From: Halogeometricum borinquense DSM 11551
Lineage (GTDB): Archaea > Halobacteriota > Halobacteria > Halobacteriales > Haloferacaceae
Length of the DNA: 32,000 nucleotides
Assembly: GCF_000172995.2 (NCBI RefSeq)
Contig: NC_014729.1
Span: 1,320,001 to 1,352,000 of the forward strand
Reading direction: 5' to 3'
The notes beneath the pieces are model-generated. The model was not told where the DNA came from, searched no databases, and worked only from the letters and a program-made list of their open reading frames with translations. Of this stretch, positions 16,618-24,684 are shown in pieces (positions within the stretch are counted from its first letter, which is position 1; each line of letters opens with the position of its first letter). The position numbers and the translations under genes were made by a program.

Positions 16618-17621
16618 AGGTCACCTCGCTGGTACTGCACGTAGAGATACGGACCGATAACCACCAACGCGAGCAAGAACAGGACGGTTGCGATGGCTGC
16701 GCCGTACGCCCAGTTCGTGGAACTGAACGCTTCGCGGTACATCATCGTCGCAAGGATGTCCGTCGAGGGGCCGGGCGTGTCGCCGAACATGACGAACAGG
16801 AAGTCGAACGCCTTGAGTGCGAACACCATCAGCACGACAGCGGCGCTCATGGTCGAAGCCCGCAGTTGAGGGATGATGACGCGCCAGTACATCCGAACGG
16901 TAGACGCGCCGTCGATGCGTGCCGCCTCGAACTGATCCGACGGAATGGCGCGCAGACCGGCGAGATACACGACCATGCAGTACCCGCTGAACTGCCACAT
17001 CAGCGCGAAGATGACTGCGCCAAGTTTCGTCTGCGGGTCGCTGATCCAGTCGTTGGCGACGAAGCCGAGGCCGATGTTCCTGAGGACGACGTTGACGAGG
17101 CCGCTCTGCGGGTTGTACATCCACGCCCAGAAGATGGCCGTCACGACGAACGAGAGGCTCATCGGCAGGAGGTAGATGGTCCGGAACGTGTTCTCGAACC
17201 GTATCCCGCGGTCAACGAGAATCGCGAGGACGAGTCCGACGATTAACGAGGCCACCGTGAACACGACGAGTAACACGATAGTGTTGCGCGCGGCGGCGAC
17301 GAACGTCGGGTCGCCGAGCATCTGCGCGTACATCGAGAAGTCGAGGTTACTGTAGTCCGGATTGCCGAATCCGTCCCAGTCGGTGAGCGAGATGATGGCG
17401 TTCCAGCCGATAGCCCCGTAGACGAACAGCCCCATGAGGAGCGTCGGCGGCAACCAGAACGGGAGCGACCGGACGAACTCACTTTCGAGCCACGACCGCT
17501 CGGTTTGATCGGTCGTTGTCGAAGCGGGTGCGGTCGCGGTACCGCCGTCTGTTCGTATGTCGTCGCTCCGCTCGTCTCCACACCCGAGGCTCACGAGTCG
17601 TCGAAAGATGGAGTGAAGCAT
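16614..17621 (-). CDS. carbohydrate ABC transporter permease (MalF-like)
   Basis: It has multiple TM spans and the EAA loop DQFEAARIDGASTVRMYWRVIIPQLRAS. The ATG at 17621 lies 13 nt after the binding-protein stop. Confidence 0.92.
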   Translation of the reverse strand: MLHSIFRRLVSLGCGDERSDDIRTDGGTATAPASTTTDQTERSWLESEFVRSLPFWLPPTLLMGLFVYGAIGWNAIISLTDWDGFGNPDYSNLDFSMYAQMLGDPTFVAAARNTIVLLVVFTVASLIVGLVLAILVDRGIRFENTFRTIYLLPMSLSFVVTAIFWAWMYNPQSGLVNVVLRNIGLGFVANDWISDPQTKLGAVIFALMWQFSGYCMVVYLAGLRAIPSDQFEAARIDGASTVRMYWRVIIPQLRASTMSAAVVLMVFALKAFDFLFVMFGDTPGPSTDILATMMYREAFSSTNWAYGAAIATVLFLLALVVIGPYLYVQYQRGDL

Positions 17622-17634
17622 ATGTGACGCCCCG

Positions 17635-19014
17635 TTAGTTCGGGAACGCGTTCACGAGCGCGTCGTACGCTCCCTCGACGTTCCACTGTTCGTTGAAGCT
17701 GGCGAATGCCTCGTCGATATCACCGTGAACGTCAGGCGTAACGGCCGTCCCGTGCGCGATGGTCGGCGGTTGGGCATCGGAGTTCTTGAAGTCCTCAATC
17801 TGCGACTGCAGGAACGGACCGAACGGGTCCGTCGGCACGTCGGTCCGCGGCGGAATGGACCCCTTGATCGGGTTGAACCGCTTTTGCGCATCGACCGTAC
17901 CGCAGTAGCTGAGGAACTTCCGCGTCGCCTCCGGCGACGGGTTGTTCTTCGGGAAGACGAACGAGTCGGTGACGACGGAGTACTGGCCGCTCGTTCCGGG
18001 GAACGGAATCATTCCCCAGTCGGAGTCGTACTCGAACTCCGAGGCGGACTTGTACTGACCTGCGGCCCAGTCGCCCTGGTGGATGAACGCCGCATCGCCG
18101 TTGACGACTTTGCCGTTCGCTTGGTCCCACGAGACGGATCCGGCGTCCTGGTTGAAGTGTTCGTGGTAGTCTTTGAGCGTCTGAAGCGACTCTTTCACCG
18201 CGCTTTCGTGGTCTGCGATGTTGCCTTCGACGATAGCGGAGTTGTACGTATCAGCACCGTTGTAGCCGAGGAAGATGGTTTCCCAGAGCTGAACCGACGA
18301 CCACGGCGACTTGATCTGGTGCGCCATCGGCACTGCATCCGTCTCGCTGGCGATGGTGTCGAGCGCGTCGTTGAGCGCGCCGGGATCAGAGAGACTTGCC
18401 GGGTCAACGCCCGCCTCTTCAAGAACAGAGGCGTTGTAGAACAGATTGTTGAGGCGGTGGATGTTGATCGGGACTGCAACGTAGTTTCCAGCCGGTTGGG
18501 AGAGATTCTGTACGCCCTGCCGGTAGGCGTCGCGCATCTCCTGACTCCAGACGGAGTCACCGATGTCTTGGAGGACGTCCCCCTCGACGTACTGGGTGAG
18601 CGCCTTCCCCGGCCAAATCTGGAACGTACTCGGGGGGTTTCTGTTGAGCACACGGTTCTTAATGACCGTATCGAGTGCGGAACCAGCCCCACCGGGTGCC
18701 GGGTTGTTGTTGAGTTCGACGTCCGGATACTCCTCTTTGAAGCCGTCGAGGAGTGCTTGCAGAGCATCTTTCTCGCCACCGGCCGTCCACCAGTGGACGA
18801 GTTCGAGTTCGTTGCCGCCGCTCTGCTCGGTCGTCGTATCGGCTGCCGTCTCACCACTGGTACCCTCGCCGGACTCCGTGGTCTCTTCAGTTGTCGTTGT
18901 CTGGTCGCCACCGCCGGAACAACCAGCCAGTCCTGCCATTCCTGCGCCCGCCAGACCACTGAGGCGGAGGTACGTCCGTCGAGAGAACCTGCGTTCGTTA
19001 TTATTATCTTTCAT
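17635..19014 (-). CDS. ABC transporter extracellular solute-binding lipoprotein (sugar family)
   Basis: The twin-arginine signal and lipobox are visible (FSRRTYLRLSGLAGAGMAGLAGCSGG). A Thr/Glu-rich linker follows, then a family-1 SBP body (LELVHWWTAGGEKDAL...). It is the first gene of the 4-gene operon. Confidence 0.92.
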   Translation of the reverse strand: MKDNNNERRFSRRTYLRLSGLAGAGMAGLAGCSGGGDQTTTTEETTESGEGTSGETAADTTTEQSGGNELELVHWWTAGGEKDALQALLDGFKEEYPDVELNNNPAPGGAGSALDTVIKNRVLNRNPPSTFQIWPGKALTQYVEGDVLQDIGDSVWSQEMRDAYRQGVQNLSQPAGNYVAVPINIHRLNNLFYNASVLEEAGVDPASLSDPGALNDALDTIASETDAVPMAHQIKSPWSSVQLWETIFLGYNGADTYNSAIVEGNIADHESAVKESLQTLKDYHEHFNQDAGSVSWDQANGKVVNGDAAFIHQGDWAAGQYKSASEFEYDSDWGMIPFPGTSGQYSVVTDSFVFPKNNPSPEATRKFLSYCGTVDAQKRFNPIKGSIPPRTDVPTDPFGPFLQSQIEDFKNSDAQPPTIAHGTAVTPDVHGDIDEAFASFNEQWNVEGAYDALVNAFPN

Positions 19015-19348
19015 GGTAGTTAGTCGTTGGCAGTCGCGGATGTACTATCCTACACGATTTACTTAAAGGTTTGCAGATTGTTTACTGGGTATCGAGTGAA
19101 TACGTTAATAAAGAAAAATGATGGTTTGGAATACGAGGATAGCAATGGGTAGTACCATCTACTGATAATTTTTCTGTCATTTAGTATTCACTTATTTATC
19201 CGATTAATTTTCCCATATTCTGGTGATATAATATGAAATGACAATCATAGAATGTGATGTGTGTTGAGGAAGTTCACGATATCTTTCAACTGTTGTCCAG
19301 CGATGCGGACCAACGGGTTTTACGCAGACACCCTTCGTCTGCCGAACT
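19015..19348. promoter_or_regulatory. 334-bp strongly AT-rich divergent promoter region between the sugar ABC operon and fumC
   Basis: My hand count for 19081-19260 is 55 G+C out of 180 nt (~31%). The flanking coding sequence is clearly G+C-rich. A TTTAAGTA element (minus strand, about 19060-19067) lies 46-53 nt upstream of the SBP ATG. TGATATAATATG lies at about 19222-19233. Confidence 0.6.
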
Positions 19349-20755
19349 ATGAGCGAGGACTTCCGAACCGAACGGGACAGTCTCGGTGAGATGCAAGTGC
19401 CCGCGGACGCGTACTGGGGTGCGCAGACCCAACGGGCCGTAGAGAATTTCCCCATCTCGGGAATCACGTTCAGTCGGCGGTTCATCCGCGCGCTCGGCGT
19501 CGTGAAGAAGGGGGCCGCACAAGCGAACCGCGACCTCGGACTCGTAGAGGAGAATATCGCGGACGCCATCGTCGAGGCCGCAGACGAGGTCATCGCCGGC
19601 GAACACGACGACCAGTTCCCCGTAGACGTGTTCCAGACGGGGTCCGGCACGTCGTCGAACATGAACGCCAACGAGGTCATCGCCAACCGCGCCGCCGAAC
19701 TCATGGGCGAGGAAATCGGCGACCGCGTGGTCCACCCGAACGACCACGTGAACTACGGGCAGTCCTCGAACGACGTGATTCCGACCGCAATGCACGTTTC
19801 GGCGCTCGAAGCTGTCGAGAAGGACCTCCTTCCCGCACTCGACACGCTCCGCGAGGCGCTCGAAGCGAAAGAAGAGGAGTTCGCGGGCGTCGTTAAGACG
19901 GGGCGAACTCACCTTCAGGATGCGACGCCGGTCACGCTCGGACAAGAGTTCGGCGGGTACCGGACACAGGTAGAGAAAGGTCTCGGTCGCCTCGACGGCG
20001 TTCGTGAACATCTGAGCGAACTCGCACTCGGCGGGACGGCCGTCGGCACCGGACTGAACACCCATCCCGACTTCCCCAAGAAAGCGGCAGAGTACATCAC
20101 GGCGGAGACGGGTGTCGAGTTCCGTGAAGCGGACAACCACTTCGAGGCGCAGGCCGCCCACGACGCGATGAGCGAGGCTCACGGCGCACTTCGGACCGTC
20201 GCAGGGTCGCTGAACAAGATTGCGAACGATCTGCGGCTTCTCGCTTCCGGTCCGCGAAACGGTCTCGGCGAGATCGAACAACCCGAAAACCAACCGGGCA
20301 GTTCCATCATGCCCGGGAAAATCAATCCCGTCGTCGCTGAAGCCGTCAATCAGGTCCACAAGCAGGTCGTCGGTAACGACGCCGCCATTTCCGCCGGAGC
20401 CGCTGAGGGACAGATCGACCTCAACCTCTACAAGCCCGTCCTCGCGCACAACTTCCTCGAATCGGCGCAACTCATCTCGAACGCTTCGGAAACCTTCGGG
20501 ACGAAGTTCGTCCGCAAACTCGAAGCGAACGAGGAGGTCTGCGAGGAACAGGTCGAACGCTCGATGGCGCTGGCGACGGCGCTGAATCCCACTATCGGCT
20601 ACGACAAAGCGAGTGAAGTAGCGAAGACGGCACTGAAAGAGGGCAAGACCGTCCGCGAAGTCGTCATCGAGAAGGGCTATCTCTCCGAAGAAGAGGCCGA
20701 CGAAGTTCTCGACCCCGAGAAGATGACACACCGGGGAATCCTCGGCGACGACTGA
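19349..20755 (+). CDS. fumC: class II fumarate hydratase
   Basis: The N-terminus is MSEDFRTERDSLGEMQVPADAYWGAQTQRAVENFPISG. The fumarate-lyase signature GSSIMPGKINP is present, along with TGRTHLQDATPVTLGQEF. Confidence 0.96.
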   Translation: MSEDFRTERDSLGEMQVPADAYWGAQTQRAVENFPISGITFSRRFIRALGVVKKGAAQANRDLGLVEENIADAIVEAADEVIAGEHDDQFPVDVFQTGSGTSSNMNANEVIANRAAELMGEEIGDRVVHPNDHVNYGQSSNDVIPTAMHVSALEAVEKDLLPALDTLREALEAKEEEFAGVVKTGRTHLQDATPVTLGQEFGGYRTQVEKGLGRLDGVREHLSELALGGTAVGTGLNTHPDFPKKAAEYITAETGVEFREADNHFEAQAAHDAMSEAHGALRTVAGSLNKIANDLRLLASGPRNGLGEIEQPENQPGSSIMPGKINPVVAEAVNQVHKQVVGNDAAISAGAAEGQIDLNLYKPVLAHNFLESAQLISNASETFGTKFVRKLEANEEVCEEQVERSMALATALNPTIGYDKASEVAKTALKEGKTVREVVIEKGYLSEEEADEVLDPEKMTHRGILGDD

Positions 20756-20936
20756 AGCGACAATCTAAACCATTCTGATACTTTATTCAAGTACACTACT
20801 GCTAGCAATCAGCAGACGGCAGTTCGTTCGTGTCTATCAATCACATCCCTGATAGAAAACCGGTATTTTCATGCTTGAATCCGTAGAACTTCTGACTATG
20901 CCGAGCCTGCAGTACCAGCGTGAACAGGGGCGGGAT

Positions 20937-21062
20937 ATGTTGGAATGCCGAAGTTGTGGTGCCACATTCCCCGAAGGCCAAGCAACGAACGACGGTTGGC
21001 ACTACGAGTGCCCCCAGTGTAACGAAGCAAACGGCATCGGTCAGGGCTTGCGCCGCATCTAA
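20937..21062 (+). CDS. small zinc-ribbon protein (CxxC...CPxC, 41 aa). The start is ambiguous.
   Basis: MLECRSCGATFPEGQATNDGWHYECPQCNEANGIGQGLRRI has two Cys pairs (CRSC, CPQC), as in the small CPxCG-type zinc-finger proteins of haloarchaea. In-frame alternative ATGs at 20871 and 20898 would give 63 or 54 aa. The stop is at 21062 in every case. Confidence 0.6.
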   Translation: MLECRSCGATFPEGQATNDGWHYECPQCNEANGIGQGLRRI

Positions 21063-21138
21063 GTAGCGATCCGAGCGTTCAGGTCCTCGAACAAACACGG
21101 AGCGAACGCCGGGAACATCCCGACGAGAACGCACACAG

Positions 21139-21217
21139 CCGGCCAGTTTCGCGCAGGCCGGACTGACAAGGACAGGTCAAGCCTCCGACAGGAGGTGGCT
21201 GACCGGCGGGTCGGTCA
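21139..21217 (+). other. three consecutive GC-rich stem-loops in the 220-nt spacer between the zinc-ribbon gene and gatE
   Basis: H1 is ccggcc(21139-44)/ggccgg(21156-61). H2 is cctcc(21182-86)-gaca-ggagg(21191-95). H3 is tgaccg(21200-05)-gcgggt-cggtca(21212-17). All three stems are perfect. Confidence 0.4.
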
Positions 21218-21282
21218 CCGAGATGCAGGCTCAACCGTCTTTATGGATTCTTTTTTACTCTCCGGACTCGCACTGGCAATCA

Positions 21283-23151
21283 ATGAGTGCGTACGACTAC
21301 GAGGACCTCGGACTCGTCGCGGGGCTGGAGATTCACCAGCAACTCGACACCGAGTCGAAACTGTTCTGCGGTTGTCCGACGGAGATTCGAGAACCCGAAG
21401 ACGCCGAACGGACGTTCACCCGTTTTCTCCATCCGACGAAGAGCGAACTCGGCGAACTCGACGAGGCGGCCCTCGAAGAGAGTCGCGTCGAGCGTGAGTT
21501 CGAGTATCTCTCCTACGACACGACCTGTCTGGTCGAAGAGGACGACGAACCGCCGCACCGACTTGACGAAGAGGCGCGCGAAGTGGTCATGCAGATTGCG
21601 TCCTTGCTGGACATGGACGCGGTGGACCAAGCGCACCTCATGCGCAAACTCGTCATCGACGGATCGAACACCTCCGGTTTCCAGCGGACGACGCTCGTCG
21701 CCCAAGACGGCGAGATAGAGACGAGCGATGGTCCCGTCGGTGTCGAAGACCTGATGCTCGAAGAGGAGTCCGCCCAGCGGGTCGAAGAGACCGACGACGG
21801 CGTCCGGTTCTCCTTGGACAGACTGGGAATCCCCCTCGTCGAAATCGGGACGCGACCCGACATCTCCTCGCCCGAACAGGCACGCGAGGCGGCCGAGCGA
21901 ATCGGGATGCTGCTCCGTTCGACCGGCAAGGTCAAGCGCGGACTCGGCACCATCCGACAAGACGTGAACGTCTCCATCGCCGACGGCGCGCGCGTGGAGA
22001 TAAAAGGTGTACAGGCGCTTGACGCCATCGACGACATCGTACGCAACGAGGTTGGCCGGCAGGTCAAACTGCTGGATATCCGCGACGAACTCGCCGAACG
22101 CGACGCATCGGTCGGCGACACACAAGACGTGACCGACGTGTTCGAAGACACCGACAGCGGCGTCATCGGCGGCGCACTCTCCTCTGGCGGCGTCGTCCAA
22201 GCCGTCCCGCTGTTCGGTTTCGACGGTCTCGTCGGCCGCGAGATTCAACCGGACCGACGTCTCGGCACTGAGTTCTCGGATCACGCAAAGCGCCACGGCG
22301 CGGGCGGCATCTTCCATACCGACGAACTGCCCGCGTACGGCGTCACCGAAGCAGAGGTCACAGCACTCCGCGATGCTGTCGATGCCGACGAGAACGACGC
22401 CGTCGCCATCGTCGCCACCGACCCCGAAACGGCCGAACTCGCCATCGATGCGGTGAAAGAACGCGCTGAGACGGCACTCGATGGCGTGCCCGAGGAGACG
22501 CGCGGCGCGAACGAGGACGGAACCACCCGCTATCTCCGCCCCCTCCCCGGGGCAGCGCGGATGTACCCCGAAACGGACGTGCCGCCGGTCGAACTCGACC
22601 CCTCCGACGTAGAGACGCCCGAACTCCTCACCGAGAAGGTCGAGCGCTACCAATCCGAGTTCGGTCTCGGCGCTGGTCTCGCAGAACAGGTGGCCTACGG
22701 CCGGAAGATGCCTCTCTTCGAGCGGGCTATCGACGAAGGAATCGACGCGACGTTCGCCGCCGGACTGCTGGAATCGACGCTGACCGAACTGCGACGCGAC
22801 GACGTAGCCGTCGAAACTGTCTCCGACGACCACCTTCTCGAACTCATGCATCTCGTCGAAGACGGTGACTTGGCGAAGGAGGGCGTCAACGACGTGCTTT
22901 CGACTATTGCCGAGAATCCGTCGCTATCGGCTGAGGAAGCCGTCGAAGAGGCTGGACTCTCCGGCGTCTCCGAAGACGAGGTCCGCGACGCTGTCTCGGG
23001 CGTGGTCGAACGCAACGCAGATCAGGTCGAAGAAGAGGGCATGGCCGCGTTCTCCGCACTGATGGGAGAAGCGATGGGTGCGCTCCGCGGGAAGGCTGAC
23101 GGCGAAATCGTCAGCACCGTTCTCCGCGAAGAGATTCAAAAGCGCGCCTAA
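21283..23151 (+). CDS. gatE: Glu-tRNA(Gln) amidotransferase subunit E
   Basis: MSAYDYEDLGLVAGLEIHQQLDTESKLFCGCPT... is the typical archaeal GatE N-terminus. The length is 622 aa and a GatB/YqeY-like C-terminal domain is present. I chose ATG at 21283 inside track ORF 21223..23151. The T-rich element TTTTTTAC lies 25-32 nt upstream. Confidence 0.94.
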   Translation: MSAYDYEDLGLVAGLEIHQQLDTESKLFCGCPTEIREPEDAERTFTRFLHPTKSELGELDEAALEESRVEREFEYLSYDTTCLVEEDDEPPHRLDEEAREVVMQIASLLDMDAVDQAHLMRKLVIDGSNTSGFQRTTLVAQDGEIETSDGPVGVEDLMLEEESAQRVEETDDGVRFSLDRLGIPLVEIGTRPDISSPEQAREAAERIGMLLRSTGKVKRGLGTIRQDVNVSIADGARVEIKGVQALDAIDDIVRNEVGRQVKLLDIRDELAERDASVGDTQDVTDVFEDTDSGVIGGALSSGGVVQAVPLFGFDGLVGREIQPDRRLGTEFSDHAKRHGAGGIFHTDELPAYGVTEAEVTALRDAVDADENDAVAIVATDPETAELAIDAVKERAETALDGVPEETRGANEDGTTRYLRPLPGAARMYPETDVPPVELDPSDVETPELLTEKVERYQSEFGLGAGLAEQVAYGRKMPLFERAIDEGIDATFAAGLLESTLTELRRDDVAVETVSDDHLLELMHLVEDGDLAKEGVNDVLSTIAENPSLSAEEAVEEAGLSGVSEDEVRDAVSGVVERNADQVEEEGMAAFSALMGEAMGALRGKADGEIVSTVLREEIQKRA

Positions 23152-23525
23152 GGCTTCGCGACGATTCCCGCGACCGAGCCTGTCATCACCACATCACCCT
23201 CGCAGGTACAGGTTACTTCGACTGTGAGGTTGTACTGCTCTTCTGTCTCCTCGATTTCCTCTACAACGCACGCACAGCGGACGGTCTGGCTGGTGTACAC
23301 CGGCCGGTGGGCCTCGAAAGTGAACGTCCGCGCGAGCATGCCGAGTTCGCTGCCGACTTCGGTCGGTACCGTCGCCGTCAACAACCCGTGAACGAGCAAC
23401 CGACCGTCTTCGTCGGGTTCGGTGTACTGCGGTTGGTCGTCACCGGAGAGGTCGGCGAACTGCCGGACATCCGCGGGCGTGAACGAACGCTCGACAACGT
23501 GCGTGTCACCTTCCTCTGGTGGCAT
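23148..23525 (-). CDS. MaoC-like (R-hydratase hotdog fold) dehydratase
   Basis: MPPEEGDTHVVERSFTPADVRQFADLSGDDQPQYTEPDEDGRLLVHGLLTATVP... is a hotdog-fold MaoC pattern. I chose ATG at 23525. Its stop overlaps the gatE stop in convergent orientation. Confidence 0.85.
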   Translation of the reverse strand: MPPEEGDTHVVERSFTPADVRQFADLSGDDQPQYTEPDEDGRLLVHGLLTATVPTEVGSELGMLARTFTFEAHRPVYTSQTVRCACVVEEIEETEEQYNLTVEVTCTCEGDVVMTGSVAGIVAKP

Positions 23526-24618
23526 CGTCTTCGTGTCTCTCACCGACGAACCAAGAACTTGTCTCCGCAAGCGACATGTTCACCGCCTCGGGCGGCACCT
23601 CGCCGTCGCGGGAAAGCGTCAGCAGCGTTTCGGTGAGCCGTTTCAGCCGTTCGTGCGCGTCTTCGACGGTGTCGAGATAGTCGGTGTCGTCCTCAGTCCG
23701 GGCGAGTTCGACGTGCTCGCGGGCGACGGCCAACGGGTCTTGCATGTCGTGTGAGACGATGCTCGCAAACTCGTCCAGTTTGTGACTCTTCCGTTCGATT
23801 TCCCGCTGTTGCTCCTTTCGGTCGGTGATTCCGGTAACGAATCCTTCCAAGGCGACGAGTTCGCCGTCTTCGCAAATCGCCTGCCCGCGTTCCCACATCC
23901 ACTTCGTCTGATCGTCTTTGGTGACAATTCGGTAGGTCAACTCGAAGGTACCGTCATCGTCGAGCGCCGACTGAACGACCTCCCACGCGCGTTCTTTGTC
24001 GTCCGGATGAAGAATTTCCTCGCCCCAAACCGGGTCTCCGGATTCAACCGCCTGCGATGTGTAACCAGTAAGTTCCTCACAATCGCCTTCGACGTACTCC
24101 ATCGGCCACTCGGGTTCGTTCAGGCAACGGTATACGATTCCCGGCAAGTTGTCGATGAGGGTTTCCAACCGTCGTTTTCGCTCTTCCAGCACGCGTTGTG
24201 AGCGATATCCTTCGACAGCGTTGCAGATGCGGTTCGCTAATAGTGTATACTGCTCTGTGCCGGTCGATTTCTGGAGATAGTCGGTGACACCCGCAGAAAT
24301 CGCTTCGCTCGCTATCTCTTCGGACCCTCTTCCGGTGAACAGGATAAACGGCAGGTCCGGATACCGCTCCGTGACGACTTCGAGAAATTCGATCCCGTTC
24401 CGGTCGGGCATCTCGTAGTCGGCGACGATACAGTCGATTCCGCTGTCTAGTTCAGTGAGGGCATCAGAAACGGACGTCGCCGTGATGACGGTGATTCGGT
24501 CGCTTTCGCGTTCGAGATAGATAGCGACCAACTCGGCGAATGCGGCATCGTCGTCAACGTGGAGAACGCGTATCGGATCTGATACCCCACTCTCCGTCTC
24601 CCCACCATCGGCAGTCAT
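23506..24618 (-). CDS. response-regulator receiver + PAS + HisKA (H-box) protein lacking an HATPase_c catalytic domain
   Basis: The REC domain is IRVLHVDDDAAFAELV...DCIVADYEMPDRNGIEFL...FILFTGRGSEE...DYLQK. The PAS domain is LIDNLPGIVYRCLNEPEWPMEYVEGDCEELTGY...WMWERG. The H-box is KLDEFASIVSHDMQDPLAV. The ORF ends about 60 aa after the H-box, with no N/G1/F/G2 boxes. Its last 20 nt overlap the MaoC start. Confidence 0.85.
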   Translation of the reverse strand: MTADGGETESGVSDPIRVLHVDDDAAFAELVAIYLERESDRITVITATSVSDALTELDSGIDCIVADYEMPDRNGIEFLEVVTERYPDLPFILFTGRGSEEIASEAISAGVTDYLQKSTGTEQYTLLANRICNAVEGYRSQRVLEERKRRLETLIDNLPGIVYRCLNEPEWPMEYVEGDCEELTGYTSQAVESGDPVWGEEILHPDDKERAWEVVQSALDDDGTFELTYRIVTKDDQTKWMWERGQAICEDGELVALEGFVTGITDRKEQQREIERKSHKLDEFASIVSHDMQDPLAVAREHVELARTEDDTDYLDTVEDAHERLKRLTETLLTLSRDGEVPPEAVNMSLAETSSWFVGERHEDDATRGR

Positions 24619-24647
24619 TCAGTGTGTCTCTACTGGATGATGTGTAC

Positions 24648-24653
24648 AAAAAA
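24648..24653 (-). terminator. oligo-T tract (TTGTTTTTTGT on the minus strand) 32 nt downstream of the M48 protease stop
   Basis: The plus strand reads A6 at 24648-24653. Oligo-T is the usual archaeal termination signal. The tract also lies about 30-35 nt upstream of the sensor gene ATG (24618), so it could double as a TATA-like element. Confidence 0.35.
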
Positions 24654-24684
24654 CAACGTATTCTAGCTGAATTTGCCCGGTTCG

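Noticed and set aside
17725-19023. A 432-codon ORF lies antisense to the solute-binding protein gene. A similar 318-codon ORF at 3675-4631 lies antisense to the exporter.
   Set aside because: Both are Arg/Val/Gly-rich, non-acidic and motif-free. Both lie opposite strongly supported genes. This is typical of GC3-rich genomes.
19095-19192. A 9-bp inverted repeat, AGTGAATAC (19095-19103) and GTATTCACT (19184-19192), lies in the AT-rich island.
   Set aside because: A 9-mer match between two arms about 80 nt apart within 334 nt of AT-biased sequence is close to chance expectation. It cannot be supported on its own.
19015-19348. The AT-rich island could be a replication origin.
   Set aside because: There is no adjacent orc1/cdc6 gene. 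I could not find repeated ORB-like elements (no GTTCCAGTGGAAAC-type repeats). A divergent promoter region is the simpler reading.
19286-20731. A 481-codon ORF lies exactly antisense to fumC. It looks like a huge overlapping gene.
   Set aside because: It is in codon phase with fumC: the antisense codon 20731-20729 coincides with a sense codon. Antisense stops could therefore arise only from sense TTA, CTA or TCA codons, which a high-GC halophile gene avoids. The predicted protein is Arg/Gly/Val-rich and not acidic, and it has no recognisable motif. It is a codon-bias artefact.
20841-21134. A 97-codon minus-strand ORF overlaps the small zinc-ribbon gene.
   Set aside because: It has non-acidic, hydrophobic/Arg-rich composition and no motif. 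The plus-strand CxxC...CPxC reading is far more protein-like.
21280-22851. A 523-codon ORF lies antisense to gatE.
   Set aside because: It has the same in-phase antisense geometry (22851-22849 coincides with a gatE codon) and the same basic, low-complexity composition. I treat it as an artefact.
23148-23151. Convergent genes share overlapping stop codons: CTAA at gatE/MaoC here and the palindromic CTAG at MaoC/trmJ (26213-26216).
   Set aside because: The overlaps are real and readable, but they simply reflect genome compaction. They imply that termination signals lie inside the opposing genes. I see no evidence of a special mechanism.
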